NCBI GenBank assembly: GCA_965209235.1 | Contig: OZ242382.1 | Coordinates: 1,263,010 to 1,327,009 of the forward strand | Direction of reading: 5' to 3' | DNA length: 64,000 nt | DNA from: Gammaproteobacteria bacterium | Lineage (GTDB): Bacteria; Pseudomonadota; Gammaproteobacteria; G965209235 | In this document: positions 56,009-64,000 of the stretch, in pieces | How the letters are laid out: each line of letters begins with the position of its first letter | Position numbering within the stretch: position 1 is the stretch's first letter | Notes under the pieces: model-generated | What the model was told of the DNA's origin: nothing | Databases searched by the model: none | The model's input: the letters and a program-made list of their open reading frames with translations, nothing else | Made by a program: the position numbers and the translations under genes

Positions 56009-58358
56009 ATGGCGTAATCCCGAGGCGCCTCGTATGGTGCGCGCGTGGCTACGCGTTGTCATCACGGGCGTCGTCTTACTGGTGGGCCCTGCACTGTATT
56101 GGTTGGTGGGGTTGAACTTTGGGTTGTTTGGCAACCTGCACCCGAAAGGTCAGCCGACGGTGGCGCCGATTGAAGAGGGCTTCATTGCACAGCGGGATGC
56201 TTTGCAAGATGATGCTCGCCTGCGGGCGGGAAGCGACAACGAAACGATGATCCTATTTGGTGATCTTCATGTTCACACCACTTACTCCATTGATGCCTAC
56301 GCGGGTGCACTACGGTTTCGCGGAGGTTCAGGACTGCGCCCGGTTGCCGACGCATGTGACTATGCGCGGTTTTGTGCTGCCCTGGATTTCTGGGCTATCA
56401 CTGATCATGCAGAGACGCTCACGACCAGGACATGGCATGACACTCAAGATGCCATAGAACAGTGCATGGCAGCTCAGATCTCACCTGGTGGTGGGGATGA
56501 GCTTGAAACGGTGCCATTCCTTGGCTGGGAATGGACCGGTGTCTCGCGCGAGTCGGCTACGCACTACGGGCACCGCAACATCATCCTGAAGGACGCCAGT
56601 AAGAATGTCCCTCAGCGTGCGATTGCATCCCCAGGATCGAGTGGAACAGCACGAGGTGTACCACCTCTCGCGGCGCGCATGATCCCCACGCTCGGGGACT
56701 GGGGAAACAGGCAGGGGTACTACGACTTTTACCGGCATTTACAGGAAATTGCAGAGAGACCTCTTTGTCCGGAGGGTGTCCCATCGCCCGATCTCCCAGA
56801 TTCGTGTCACGAAGTGGCATGGGACCCTGCTGACCTCTTTCGCAAGCTAGACGAGTGGCCCGAGACTGAGGCGATTGTGATCCCTCATGGGACCACATGG
56901 GGTTTTTACACACCGCCGGATTCCGATTGGGTCGAGAAGCAGGGGGCGTACTCATCGCAGCACGACCTATCGCGCCAGATTCTGTTTGAAACGTACAGCG
57001 GACACGGTAACTCTGAGGAGTACCGGCCATTTATCGCGATCATCCCTGAAGACGATGGGACGTACTCGTGTCCCGGCATTCAGGGCAACTACGTGCCGAT
57101 GTGCGTTCGTGCCGGCGAGATCATTCAAGAGCGGTGCGAGAAGGCGGGAGGTAGCCCACCCGAGTGCGCTGACCGTGCGGCTGATGCACGCAAGTTTGCA
57201 GCCAATATGGGCATTGGCGCCTGGATGTCAGTGCCGAGCGGGACTGTGGATGAATGGCGTGATGCCGGGCAGTGCATGGACTGTTACTTGCCATCGTTCA
57301 ACTACAACCCGAAAGGATCCATCCAGTACGTGTTGGCTCGCCGAGACTTCTCGGCAAACCCAGCTGCGAAACACGTCTTTGGGTTTATCGGATCCAGCGA
57401 TAACCATACGGCCAGGCCGGGCGCTGGCTACAAAGAGCGCAACCGCCCTACGACCCTTGATGGCGTGTATTTCGTCAACGATTTTTGGAAGCAATACCAG
57501 ATGGGCAGACAACCAGAGCCATCTGCTGCGGCCCGCTATGTCGACATTCTGACGCCAGGGATCGGCGGCGGATTCCGTTTGCAAGAAACCGAGAGGCTGA
57601 ATAGCTACTTCTACGGCGCCGGTCTCGTGGGCGTGCACGCTACAGAAAGGTCGTCAGACGCCATCTGGGATGCGATGTCCAGTCGAAGCACATACGCCAC
57701 CAGTGGTGGCCGGTTGATGCTGTGGTTTGATCTGCTGAACGGACCAGGTAACCGAGAATCGTGGCCGATGGGTTCTCACGTCGAAATGAACTGGGCCCCA
57801 TCGTTTCGCGTGCGTGCGATCGGGGAAGCCAAACAAGCACCAGGGTGCCCTGACTATCGGGTAAATGCGGTCGATCCACAGCGCCTCGAACACCTGTGTA
57901 AAAGTGACTGTTATAACCCGACGAATGAACGTCATTCAATCAACAAGATTCAGGTTGTCCGCATTCGGCCTCAATTGTCAGAAGATGAGCCTGTGGAAGA
58001 CTTAATCGAAGACCCATGGCTTGAATTTGTCTGCCCGCCAAACGATGGAACATGCGTGGTTCAGTTCACTGATCCCGAGTTCTTCGATAGCGAGCGTGAC
58101 TCTCTGTATTACGTCCGTGCGATCCAAGAAGCCACCCCTGTAATGGGCGGGGAACAGATCAGATGTGAGCGTGATGACAGTGGACGGTGCGTGCGCGTCT
58201 TGGATCCATGCCCAGGCATCATCATGTCGGATGGTTTCGTGCGTGATTGCAATGATGGCAAGCCGGTCGGCGAGCGAGCATGGTCATCGCCGATCTATGT
58301 GGATTTCGCACCCTGGGTGGGACGTTCTCGGGACTTTGATCGCGTTACGAAGCGCTGA
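56001..58358 (+). CDS. DUF3604 domain protein (PHP-like metal-dependent phosphoesterase fold), membrane-anchored or exported
   Basis: N-terminal TM segment. LFGDLHVHTTYSIDAY and ITDHAE His-rich motifs are typical of DUF3604/PHP. Many Cys residues. Confidence 0.7.
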   Translation: MSRWRNPEAPRMVRAWLRVVITGVVLLVGPALYWLVGLNFGLFGNLHPKGQPTVAPIEEGFIAQRDALQDDARLRAGSDNETMILFGDLHVHTTYSIDAYAGALRFRGGSGLRPVADACDYARFCAALDFWAITDHAETLTTRTWHDTQDAIEQCMAAQISPGGGDELETVPFLGWEWTGVSRESATHYGHRNIILKDASKNVPQRAIASPGSSGTARGVPPLAARMIPTLGDWGNRQGYYDFYRHLQEIAERPLCPEGVPSPDLPDSCHEVAWDPADLFRKLDEWPETEAIVIPHGTTWGFYTPPDSDWVEKQGAYSSQHDLSRQILFETYSGHGNSEEYRPFIAIIPEDDGTYSCPGIQGNYVPMCVRAGEIIQERCEKAGGSPPECADRAADARKFAANMGIGAWMSVPSGTVDEWRDAGQCMDCYLPSFNYNPKGSIQYVLARRDFSANPAAKHVFGFIGSSDNHTARPGAGYKERNRPTTLDGVYFVNDFWKQYQMGRQPEPSAAARYVDILTPGIGGGFRLQETERLNSYFYGAGLVGVHATERSSDAIWDAMSSRSTYATSGGRLMLWFDLLNGPGNRESWPMGSHVEMNWAPSFRVRAIGEAKQAPGCPDYRVNAVDPQRLEHLCKSDCYNPTNERHSINKIQVVRIRPQLSEDEPVEDLIEDPWLEFVCPPNDGTCVVQFTDPEFFDSERDSLYYVRAIQEATPVMGGEQIRCERDDSGRCVRVLDPCPGIIMSDGFVRDCNDGKPVGERAWSSPIYVDFAPWVGRSRDFDRVTKR

Positions 58359-58782
58359 TCTTCGGGGAGGCGGCCTGTCCTTCCTTAAAAATGCGGTCGA
58401 GGGTCGCATTGATGATCTTGAATGTGCGGTCGCCCATAAACGTTTTCGACAGCTGGATGCAGCGCGAGATCACCAAAGGTCCGTCGGCACACTTCATGTA
58501 TTCAATCTCAGCGCAACCGACGATCAGTAGCGACAGGGTAAGCGGATCGAAGTGACGAGGCTCACGGTCAGCAACTGCTGAAATGCGGGCAAGGATTTTG
58601 TTGTAGTGCGTCGACACGTCCTGGGTCAGCGCGTTGAAATACTCATCCGTTTGCGCGCCTTTCGACAAAGCGTTTCGATCAATCAACTCACCAGATTGTG
58701 CTGTCTGGCCAACAACCTGTGCGTACACCGCTTCGACGCACGCGCGAAAGCCTTTAAAAGTGGGTTCGACAGCGTTATGCAT
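58345..58782 (-). CDS. nusB: Transcription antitermination factor NusB
   Basis: NusB-like helical pattern (LSLLIVGCAEIEY, VISRCIQLSKTFMGDRTFKIINATLDRI) and position after ribH. Its 3' end overlaps the DUF3604 gene by 14 nt. Confidence 0.8.
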   Translation of the reverse strand: MHNAVEPTFKGFRACVEAVYAQVVGQTAQSGELIDRNALSKGAQTDEYFNALTQDVSTHYNKILARISAVADREPRHFDPLTLSLLIVGCAEIEYMKCADGPLVISRCIQLSKTFMGDRTFKIINATLDRIFKEGQAASPKISAS

Positions 58783-58844
58783 GGCAATTCCTGGATATCG
58801 GAGATGTGACACGCTGTGGGGTCAGATGGTTCATACAGTCGAAT

Positions 58845-59744
58845 TCACGCGCTGTATCGAGGGATGGCAAGCAAGGTCCGAATTGCGGACACCATGCATT
58901 CAGCGCCTTTCGTCTTTGCGCGCTCTTGGAGCTGTTCTTGGGTATGGCATGTCAGGATGCCGCAGATCACCGGCTTCTTGCGTGAAATCGAAATGCGTTG
59001 CAACTGATCAAATGCAGCTTGTGAGATCAGTTGGGCGTGGTTGGTTTCGCCTGTCACGACGCATCCAAAAGCGATAGATGCCGAACAGTTGTCAAAGGCC
59101 AGAAGTTGATCACAGGCATACGGAAGCTCAAAGGTGCCTGGGACTTCAAACTGATTCGTGAATGCTTCGTGGTCAGGCGCGGATGGTCGAACATCAGAGA
59201 GTTGCTGCACGACATTCATGAATCCGTTACGCACTGTGAAAGGTGTGTTCGGTTTGACTTCTCGTTTGGTTGCTTCTAACGCTTTGCTGACCTTAGAGAA
59301 GTACTCTCGTCTAATCACCTTGTCACGTGTTGAAAGAGCGGCTTGATGAAGGCAGTTGGCGTAGTTCAATGCGAGGATGGCTGCGTCAATGAGTGCTTCA
59401 ACGAACACGTGGGTCTCACGCATCTCAACAAATGTCTTCAAGATGTCGCTTCGCATCCTCTGCGCGTCTAGCGACATTTGTGAGCAGGTGTCGTTATGCC
59501 AAGACGTATGCACGATTGATATTTGTGCAATCCTTTGCAAGTATCGCAAGGCTTCTGCGGCTATGCTGACGAGTGTGTCATCTTCGTTGAGTGCAATGTC
59601 TTCAGAAAAGCTTCTGTAGCTATGCTCATCTTGAGTGCGCTGCACTACTTGCGCCACATGCTTATCAAGAACTCGCGCCCAGAATAGCCGAACTAGCTCC
59701 TTCTTCGCATCGTCACCAAGCAGAAAGTCTCCGTGCTGGGCCAT
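58845..59744 (-). CDS. ribH: 6,7-dimethyl-8-ribityllumazine synthase (RibH) with a non-homologous N-terminal extension of about 146 residues
   Basis: C-terminal residues about 198-299 (FEVPGTFELP...IAFGCVVTGETNHAQL...PVICGILTC...ERAKTKGAE) align with E. coli RibH from VWVPGAYELP onward. Residues 1-146 are predicted helical and unlike RibH. The ATG overlaps the ribBX stop (TGATG). Confidence 0.75.
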   Translation of the reverse strand: MAQHGDFLLGDDAKKELVRLFWARVLDKHVAQVVQRTQDEHSYRSFSEDIALNEDDTLVSIAAEALRYLQRIAQISIVHTSWHNDTCSQMSLDAQRMRSDILKTFVEMRETHVFVEALIDAAILALNYANCLHQAALSTRDKVIRREYFSKVSKALEATKREVKPNTPFTVRNGFMNVVQQLSDVRPSAPDHEAFTNQFEVPGTFELPYACDQLLAFDNCSASIAFGCVVTGETNHAQLISQAAFDQLQRISISRKKPVICGILTCHTQEQLQERAKTKGAECMVSAIRTLLAIPRYSA

Positions 59745-60823
59745 CAGCTGCTTCGGCCCTTCGGAGATTCGAAGTTAATGATGTTGATATCAAACCACGA
59801 GAGCGGTGACTGGGGCAGGGGAGATCCCAGCGCGACGCAGGAGTGCACGCCGACATTCTGAAGAATTTGTGCGCCAAGTCCAACATCCCGCATCGTGTGG
59901 GAGGAGGAGCCACTTCGGGAATCCCGAGATGCCCATGCGCCGCCTAACAGTGCAACAACGCCGTGTCCGTGACGTGCAATCCGTTCTTGGGCTGTATCCA
60001 CAGACCATGAATCATCAGTCATCAACCCAAGTGCATCGCGCTCAAGCTCAATGCGCTGGACTCTAACCATTGTGGAGCCATCTTCAGGAATATCTCCGTA
60101 AACCATCGCATGGTGATGGTCACCTGAGATACTATCCAAGTAGGTATGTACCTTCCAATCACCATGGCGGGTGGTGATTGTCTTCTCGCTGATCGTCGTC
60201 AGCGTGTTTTCGCGAGACTGCCGGTAGTGAATCAGGTCAGCAATGGTGCCGATCTTCAGGCCAAACTTCAACGCGAATTCGCGAAGTTCTGGCAAACGTG
60301 CCATCGTGCCATCTTCGTTCATGATCTCAACGATGGCGGCACCTGGTTTGCGTCCTGCCAGCACAGCCAAGTCAATCGCAGCTTCCGTATGACCAGCGCG
60401 CCGCAACACGCCGCCATCAGCGGCACGCAGCGGAAACACGTGTCCGGGGCGTACGAATTGATCCGGTGTCGCATCATCATTCATCACTTCGCGCATCGTG
60501 TATGCGCGGTCTGCGGCAGAAATCCCGGTCGTGACACCTTCTCGCGACTCGATCGTGACGGTAAAGGCCGTGCCGTGATGCGCTTCATTGCGAGCGGTCA
60601 TGGGGCCGAATTGCAAGCGGTCGCAGACTGACCCTGGCAAAGGCATACAGATGAGGCCGCAGCACTCGCGTGCCATAAACGCAACTTGCTCGTTGGTGAG
60701 GCAGTCTGCTGCGGCGATTACGTCGCCTTCGTTCTCTTGATCTTCGTCATCAACCAAGATGACCATTTCACCGGCGCGAACCGCTTCAATCAGGGACGAT
60801 GTCTCTGAGATAGCAACTGACAT
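59744..60823 (-). CDS. ribB: 3,4-dihydroxy-2-butanone-4-phosphate synthase fused to a GTP-cyclohydrolase-II-like domain lacking the zinc cysteines (RibBX type)
   Basis: DHBPS motifs MVILVDDEDQENEGDVI and RAGHTEAAIDL. The C-terminal domain aligns with RibA, but [10 protein letters not shown]...RCDCG reads RVQRIELERD...TDDSW. Confidence 0.9.
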   Translation of the reverse strand: MSVAISETSSLIEAVRAGEMVILVDDEDQENEGDVIAAADCLTNEQVAFMARECCGLICMPLPGSVCDRLQFGPMTARNEAHHGTAFTVTIESREGVTTGISAADRAYTMREVMNDDATPDQFVRPGHVFPLRAADGGVLRRAGHTEAAIDLAVLAGRKPGAAIVEIMNEDGTMARLPELREFALKFGLKIGTIADLIHYRQSRENTLTTISEKTITTRHGDWKVHTYLDSISGDHHHAMVYGDIPEDGSTMVRVQRIELERDALGLMTDDSWSVDTAQERIARHGHGVVALLGGAWASRDSRSGSSSHTMRDVGLGAQILQNVGVHSCVALGSPLPQSPLSWFDINIINFESPKGRSS

Positions 60824-60866
60824 TTCGCTTGTTTTTGTGCGCGATAGGGTATTGTCCCTGACGACG

Positions 60867-62081
60867 CTAATTTCGCGCGATCGCTTCGTCTATGCCTGTC
60901 ACCATTTGCTGCGCGATCGTTGCTATATCGGAGTGATTTGAGGTGTCGGCGAACACCATGCGCGTATCAGCGCCAACTTGTCGAGCATCCACCAGAGAGA
61001 GAGATGAAGGGTGGGAGAGATCGGCGCCGATCGCAACACCCTCAATGCCCTGCCCGCTGCCGAGTAACCGCGGCGCGAGATAGACCACACACAGATCAGC
61101 CAGACCCGATTGCACGACCGATTGCATCAGCCTCGGACCGGCTTCCACCATCACGTGCGCGCAACCCGCATGACCGAGCGCGGTGAAGAGCGCACCCATG
61201 TCAGTTCGGCCGTGGGAATCAACAAGCGCGGGTTTCGGAGTGCATCCAGTCGGAGCGCTCGTAGCAACGATCCACACTGGTGTATCTGGGTCGTTCCGCA
61301 GTTGGTGGATGTCCTGTTCTTCGACTGAGCCGCAGACGACTTTGAGGCGCGGCGCATGCGCTACCAAAGAGCTGTGATGATCGTCAAGCCCACACCGGAT
61401 GAGTTCGTCACGGCGAGGTGACAGGCGAGGACGGTCACGGGTCACCGTGCCGCATCCGGTGACGATGGCATCGGTCACGCCGCGCCACAGGTGGGCATCG
61501 CACCGAGATGCCGCCGACGTGATCCACTGTGAACGGCCGGCGGCGTTCACCATGTATCCATCAAGCGACTGAGCCCACTTCGCGATGACTAATGGCCGAG
61601 ATTGCCTATAAAGGGATCCATATCCCAGCAGCTGGGCTTGCGCTTGTTGGGCGATCGGGTCGTCGTGAGGTAGCACTTGAATATCAATCCCTCGCTCGCG
61701 CAGGATCTGGACACCGCGTCCGCTAACGTCAGGATGGGGATCGAGAGTGGCTACCCTTACGGTTGTGATTCCAGAGCGCAGGATGGCTTCCGTGCAAGGA
61801 GGCGTGCGGCCATGGATGCAGCAGGGCTCCAACGTGACGTACATCGTCAAGTCATCAACAGATGTGATGTTCCTCGTTTTGAGATCCGCGAGGGCATTGA
61901 CCTCGCCGTGCCCGGTTCCCGGCTGGATGTGCCACCCTTCGCCGACGATATCCCGCCCGTTCGTGATCACACATCCCACGGTGGGATTGGGGTGCGCCGT
62001 CAATGTGCCGCGCCGCGCCAGCGTCAACGCGCGCTGAAAGAAGACAGATGCGTTTATGAGAGCACCTCGCAGATGTCGCAA
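60867..62081 (-). CDS. ribD: Bifunctional riboflavin biosynthesis protein RibD (deaminase/reductase). TTG start inferred; ORF opens at 62186.
   Basis: NPTVGCVI, HGEVNAL and TLEPCCIHGRTPPC deaminase zinc motifs, plus a C-terminal reductase domain. Confidence 0.85.
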   Translation of the reverse strand: MRHLRGALINASVFFQRALTLARRGTLTAHPNPTVGCVITNGRDIVGEGWHIQPGTGHGEVNALADLKTRNITSVDDLTMYVTLEPCCIHGRTPPCTEAILRSGITTVRVATLDPHPDVSGRGVQILRERGIDIQVLPHDDPIAQQAQAQLLGYGSLYRQSRPLVIAKWAQSLDGYMVNAAGRSQWITSAASRCDAHLWRGVTDAIVTGCGTVTRDRPRLSPRRDELIRCGLDDHHSSLVAHAPRLKVVCGSVEEQDIHQLRNDPDTPVWIVATSAPTGCTPKPALVDSHGRTDMGALFTALGHAGCAHVMVEAGPRLMQSVVQSGLADLCVVYLAPRLLGSGQGIEGVAIGADLSHPSSLSLVDARQVGADTRMVFADTSNHSDIATIAQQMVTGIDEAIARN

Positions 62082-62689
62082 AACTCGCCTTCTTTCTTGC
62101 AGCGATGGGCCTGACAACGCTGGCGGCCCCAGTAAATGATCTGCAAATGCAAGTCGTTCCAGTACTCCGAGGCGTACAGGCGGCACAAGTCTTTTTCCAC
62201 GCGATCAGGAGTCGTGGCCTGCGTTAGCTTCCAGCGTTTTGCGAGCCGAAGGATATGGGTGTCGACGGGGAAGGCGGGAATACCGAACCCTTGACTGCGC
62301 ACCACCAGAGCAGTCTTGCGACCGACGCCTGCCAGCGCAGTCAGATCTGCTAAGTCGCACGGGATCTCGCCGCCGTGGTGCTCAACAAGGAGCTTGGCGG
62401 TTTTGACCAAGTTGGCGGCCTTGGAGTTAGCCAGTCCCAAGCTGCGAATGTGCGTCAGGACCTCTGACGCGCTGGCTTGAGCCATCGTTTCAGGGTCTGG
62501 GAACGCCTTCATTAAGCTCGGTGTGCACATATTGACGCGCACATCAGTGCATTGGGCCGAGAGCAACACAGCCACAAGCAAAGAAAACCGGTCATCATGA
62601 TCTAAGGGAATCGGCGGCGTTGGGTACGCGGCGCGAAGGTGCGTGTGCGCTAGCTCGGCTCTGGCTTCTATCGTGAAGTGACCTGGCAT
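62054..62689 (-). CDS. nth: Endonuclease III (Nth), HhH-GPD family
   Basis: LLSAQCTD, the HhH motif LTALAGVGRKTALVV, and VDTHILR. The C-terminal four-Cys cluster has unusual spacing. Start at Met-23 of the ORF is inferred. Confidence 0.85.
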   Translation of the reverse strand: MPGHFTIEARAELAHTHLRAAYPTPPIPLDHDDRFSLLVAVLLSAQCTDVRVNMCTPSLMKAFPDPETMAQASASEVLTHIRSLGLANSKAANLVKTAKLLVEHHGGEIPCDLADLTALAGVGRKTALVVRSQGFGIPAFPVDTHILRLAKRWKLTQATTPDRVEKDLCRLYASEYWNDLHLQIIYWGRQRCQAHRCKKEGEFCDICEVLS

Positions 62690-62865
62690 TGTCGATGTCC
62701 TGGTGACGCCTCTGACGCATGCGGCAACACCGTAGGCGATCGTGTCTGAGGTCAATCAAATTGTGCGTACCGAGATGCGGCGGCGCTGGTACACTTGGAT
62801 TGACTCGTAGCAAAGCACACTCCGGTGTCTTTGCTGCATTGCGCCATGGGTAGGTCTCAGCGATC

Positions 62866-63585
62866 ATGAGCACGGCAAGAAAAACAGTGTTAGTGACGGG
62901 TGCAAAGCGCCTTGGAAGAGCGGTCTGCGTCTTACTGGCGGGGCAGGGCTGGGATGTTGTTTTTACCTACCACTCGTCGCAAGACGAGGCGGCGGCATTG
63001 AGCCAGTCGCTCACACGACGGGGTGCGACTGCAACGGCGATTCAAGCCGATCTCTCCACCCCTTCAGGGGCCGGCGAGGTGATCACGCGCACGCTCGCTG
63101 CTGGTGGTGTCGACGCCTTCGTGCACTGTGCGTCACGGTTCGATCGTCATGGCCTTGGTGGCGTGAACCCCGCAGATATGGTGGGATGGTATTTCATTGA
63201 GGCCGGGAGCCCGCTGCTTATTTGTCAGGGACTGGCACACGTGCTGGCGGAGCGCCGAGGCAGTGTCGTTTTGACCACGGACGCGATGTTGGATCGTGGG
63301 GTTCGTGGCTATCCCATGTATGCCGCCGCCAAAGGCGCAGCTGCAGCACTCGTGCCCACACTGGCCCATGAGATGGCGCCGCATGTTCGCGTCAACGGGG
63401 TCGCTCCCGGCGCAATGTTGCCGTTGCCAGGTCAAACATCCGTGCCTGAGAGCTGGACAAAGAGGATTCCCTTGAAGCGCGTCGGCGGTGCTCGTTCGTA
63501 CGCCCAGGCTGTCTGCACGTTGCTTCTCAGCTCGTATCTCAACGGTGTGATCCTGAAGGTCGACGGTGGTCGATCAATCGGCTAA
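62866..63585 (+). CDS. SDR-family oxidoreductase, pteridine/dihydrofolate reductase (FolM/PTR1)-like
   Basis: VLVTGAKRLGRAV Rossmann motif (the RxG variant is typical of pteridine reductases), YAAAKGA catalytic YxxxK, and GVAPG. Confidence 0.7.
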   Translation: MSTARKTVLVTGAKRLGRAVCVLLAGQGWDVVFTYHSSQDEAAALSQSLTRRGATATAIQADLSTPSGAGEVITRTLAAGGVDAFVHCASRFDRHGLGGVNPADMVGWYFIEAGSPLLICQGLAHVLAERRGSVVLTTDAMLDRGVRGYPMYAAAKGAAAALVPTLAHEMAPHVRVNGVAPGAMLPLPGQTSVPESWTKRIPLKRVGGARSYAQAVCTLLLSSYLNGVILKVDGGRSIG

Positions 63586-63638
63586 AACGGCTGTAGACGG
63601 CGAGTGTGGTTAGTACACTCAATTAGCGACAGTTAGTG

Positions 63639-64000
63639 ATGCACATGGATCTTCCAGAGCGCCCGTTTCATCTCTCTCCCGGCGAAGACGCCCTTGCGAT
63701 GAAAGACGTCGCACGGCGTATGGCTGACGACGTGCTGAGACCACAAGCGGATGATGCTGAGTCTCAGGGACTGTCCGGGGAAACTCAAGAGACGTTTGAT
63801 GCACTCGGTCTGGCAGAAGTGGTGGCAGATGTCAGCGCTTCAGAGACGCTGATTCCTGTGGATCTGGCTTACGCTCTGGAAGAGTTCGGCCGTGGTGATA
63901 TGGGTCAAGCCATTGCTGGGCTGATATCGCTGTCGGGAGTTTCAGCAGCTCATGCGATGACAAACGAAGACAACGCTTCGCCGCTACGTGAAGCCATATT
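63639..64000 (+). CDS. Acyl-CoA dehydrogenase-family protein, N-terminal fragment (runs off the window)
   Basis: My own translation gives an open frame with no stop to the window edge: MHMDLPERPFHLSPGEDALAMKDVARRMADDVLRPQADDAE...ALEEFGRGDMG. This resembles the ACAD N-terminal helical domain. It is absent from the ORF track because it has no stop. Confidence 0.5.
   Translation, partial: MHMDLPERPFHLSPGEDALAMKDVARRMADDVLRPQADDAESQGLSGETQETFDALGLAEVVADVSASETLIPVDLAYALEEFGRGDMGQAIAGLISLSGVSAAHAMTNEDNASPLREAI

Noticed and set aside
60824-60866. FMN riboswitch upstream of the rib genes.
   Set aside because: The spacers in the rib locus (43 and 62 nt) are far too short for an RFN element, and ribD overlaps nth upstream.
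63602-63620. Hairpin GAGTGT-N7-ACACTC after the FolM-like gene, as a terminator. A similar bulged hairpin lies at 62820-62844 upstream of it.
   Set aside because: The stems are short and there is no downstream T-tract. This is not enough to call terminators or attenuators.
1-64000. CRISPR arrays, transposases/IS elements, integrases, prophage genes, toxin-antitoxin pairs, restriction-modification or other known defence systems, and rRNA.
   Set aside because: None were recognised in any of the listed ORFs or in the few intergenic regions. A by-eye scan showed no periodic direct repeats, and I could not do an exhaustive repeat search.

Overview
The window is a densely packed, almost entirely protein-coding stretch of core chromosome. 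Its gene order is typical of Gammaproteobacteria:
- aspS-yebC-ruvCAB-tolQRAB-pal-cpoB-tRNA-Lys-nadA
- lolC/D-DUF2062-comEC-exbBD-msbA-lpxK-ycaR-kdsB-murB (Pseudomonas-like)
- miaA-hflXKC-purA
- ribD-ribBX-ribH-nusB

I call about 65 CDS and one tRNA. I saw no transposase, integrase, phage genes, CRISPR array, rRNA or obvious defence island. Many genes are linked by 1-4 nt start/stop overlaps, and several convergent pairs overlap at their 3' ends, so there is very little non-coding DNA.

I cannot point to a clear-cut new multi-gene system. The most unusual things are remodelled housekeeping loci:
1. msbA is fused in frame to an lpxK-like domain. By eye alignment, that domain has lost the P-loop Lys/Thr and the acidic catalytic motifs.
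2. The lumazine synthase gene carries a roughly 146-residue N-terminal extension of unknown type. It is coupled by TGATG to ribBX, in a rib operon that lacks ribE.
3. A six-gene convergent cluster lies between ilvE and miaA: GT4 glycosyltransferase, methyltransferase and a QW-repeat alpha/alpha-toroid protein, facing an acyl-AMP ligase, an LpxL-like acyltransferase and a methyltransferase. It looks like an uncharacterised acylated/methylated glycoconjugate pathway.
4. The tol-pal cluster has a second Pal paralog plus an orphan exported protein inserted before cpoB.
5. hfq, ybgC, ribE and a second Lol permease are absent from their usual syntenic slots.

All family assignments come from motif recognition and manual alignment from memory. 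No database search was run, and start codons are approximate where noted.
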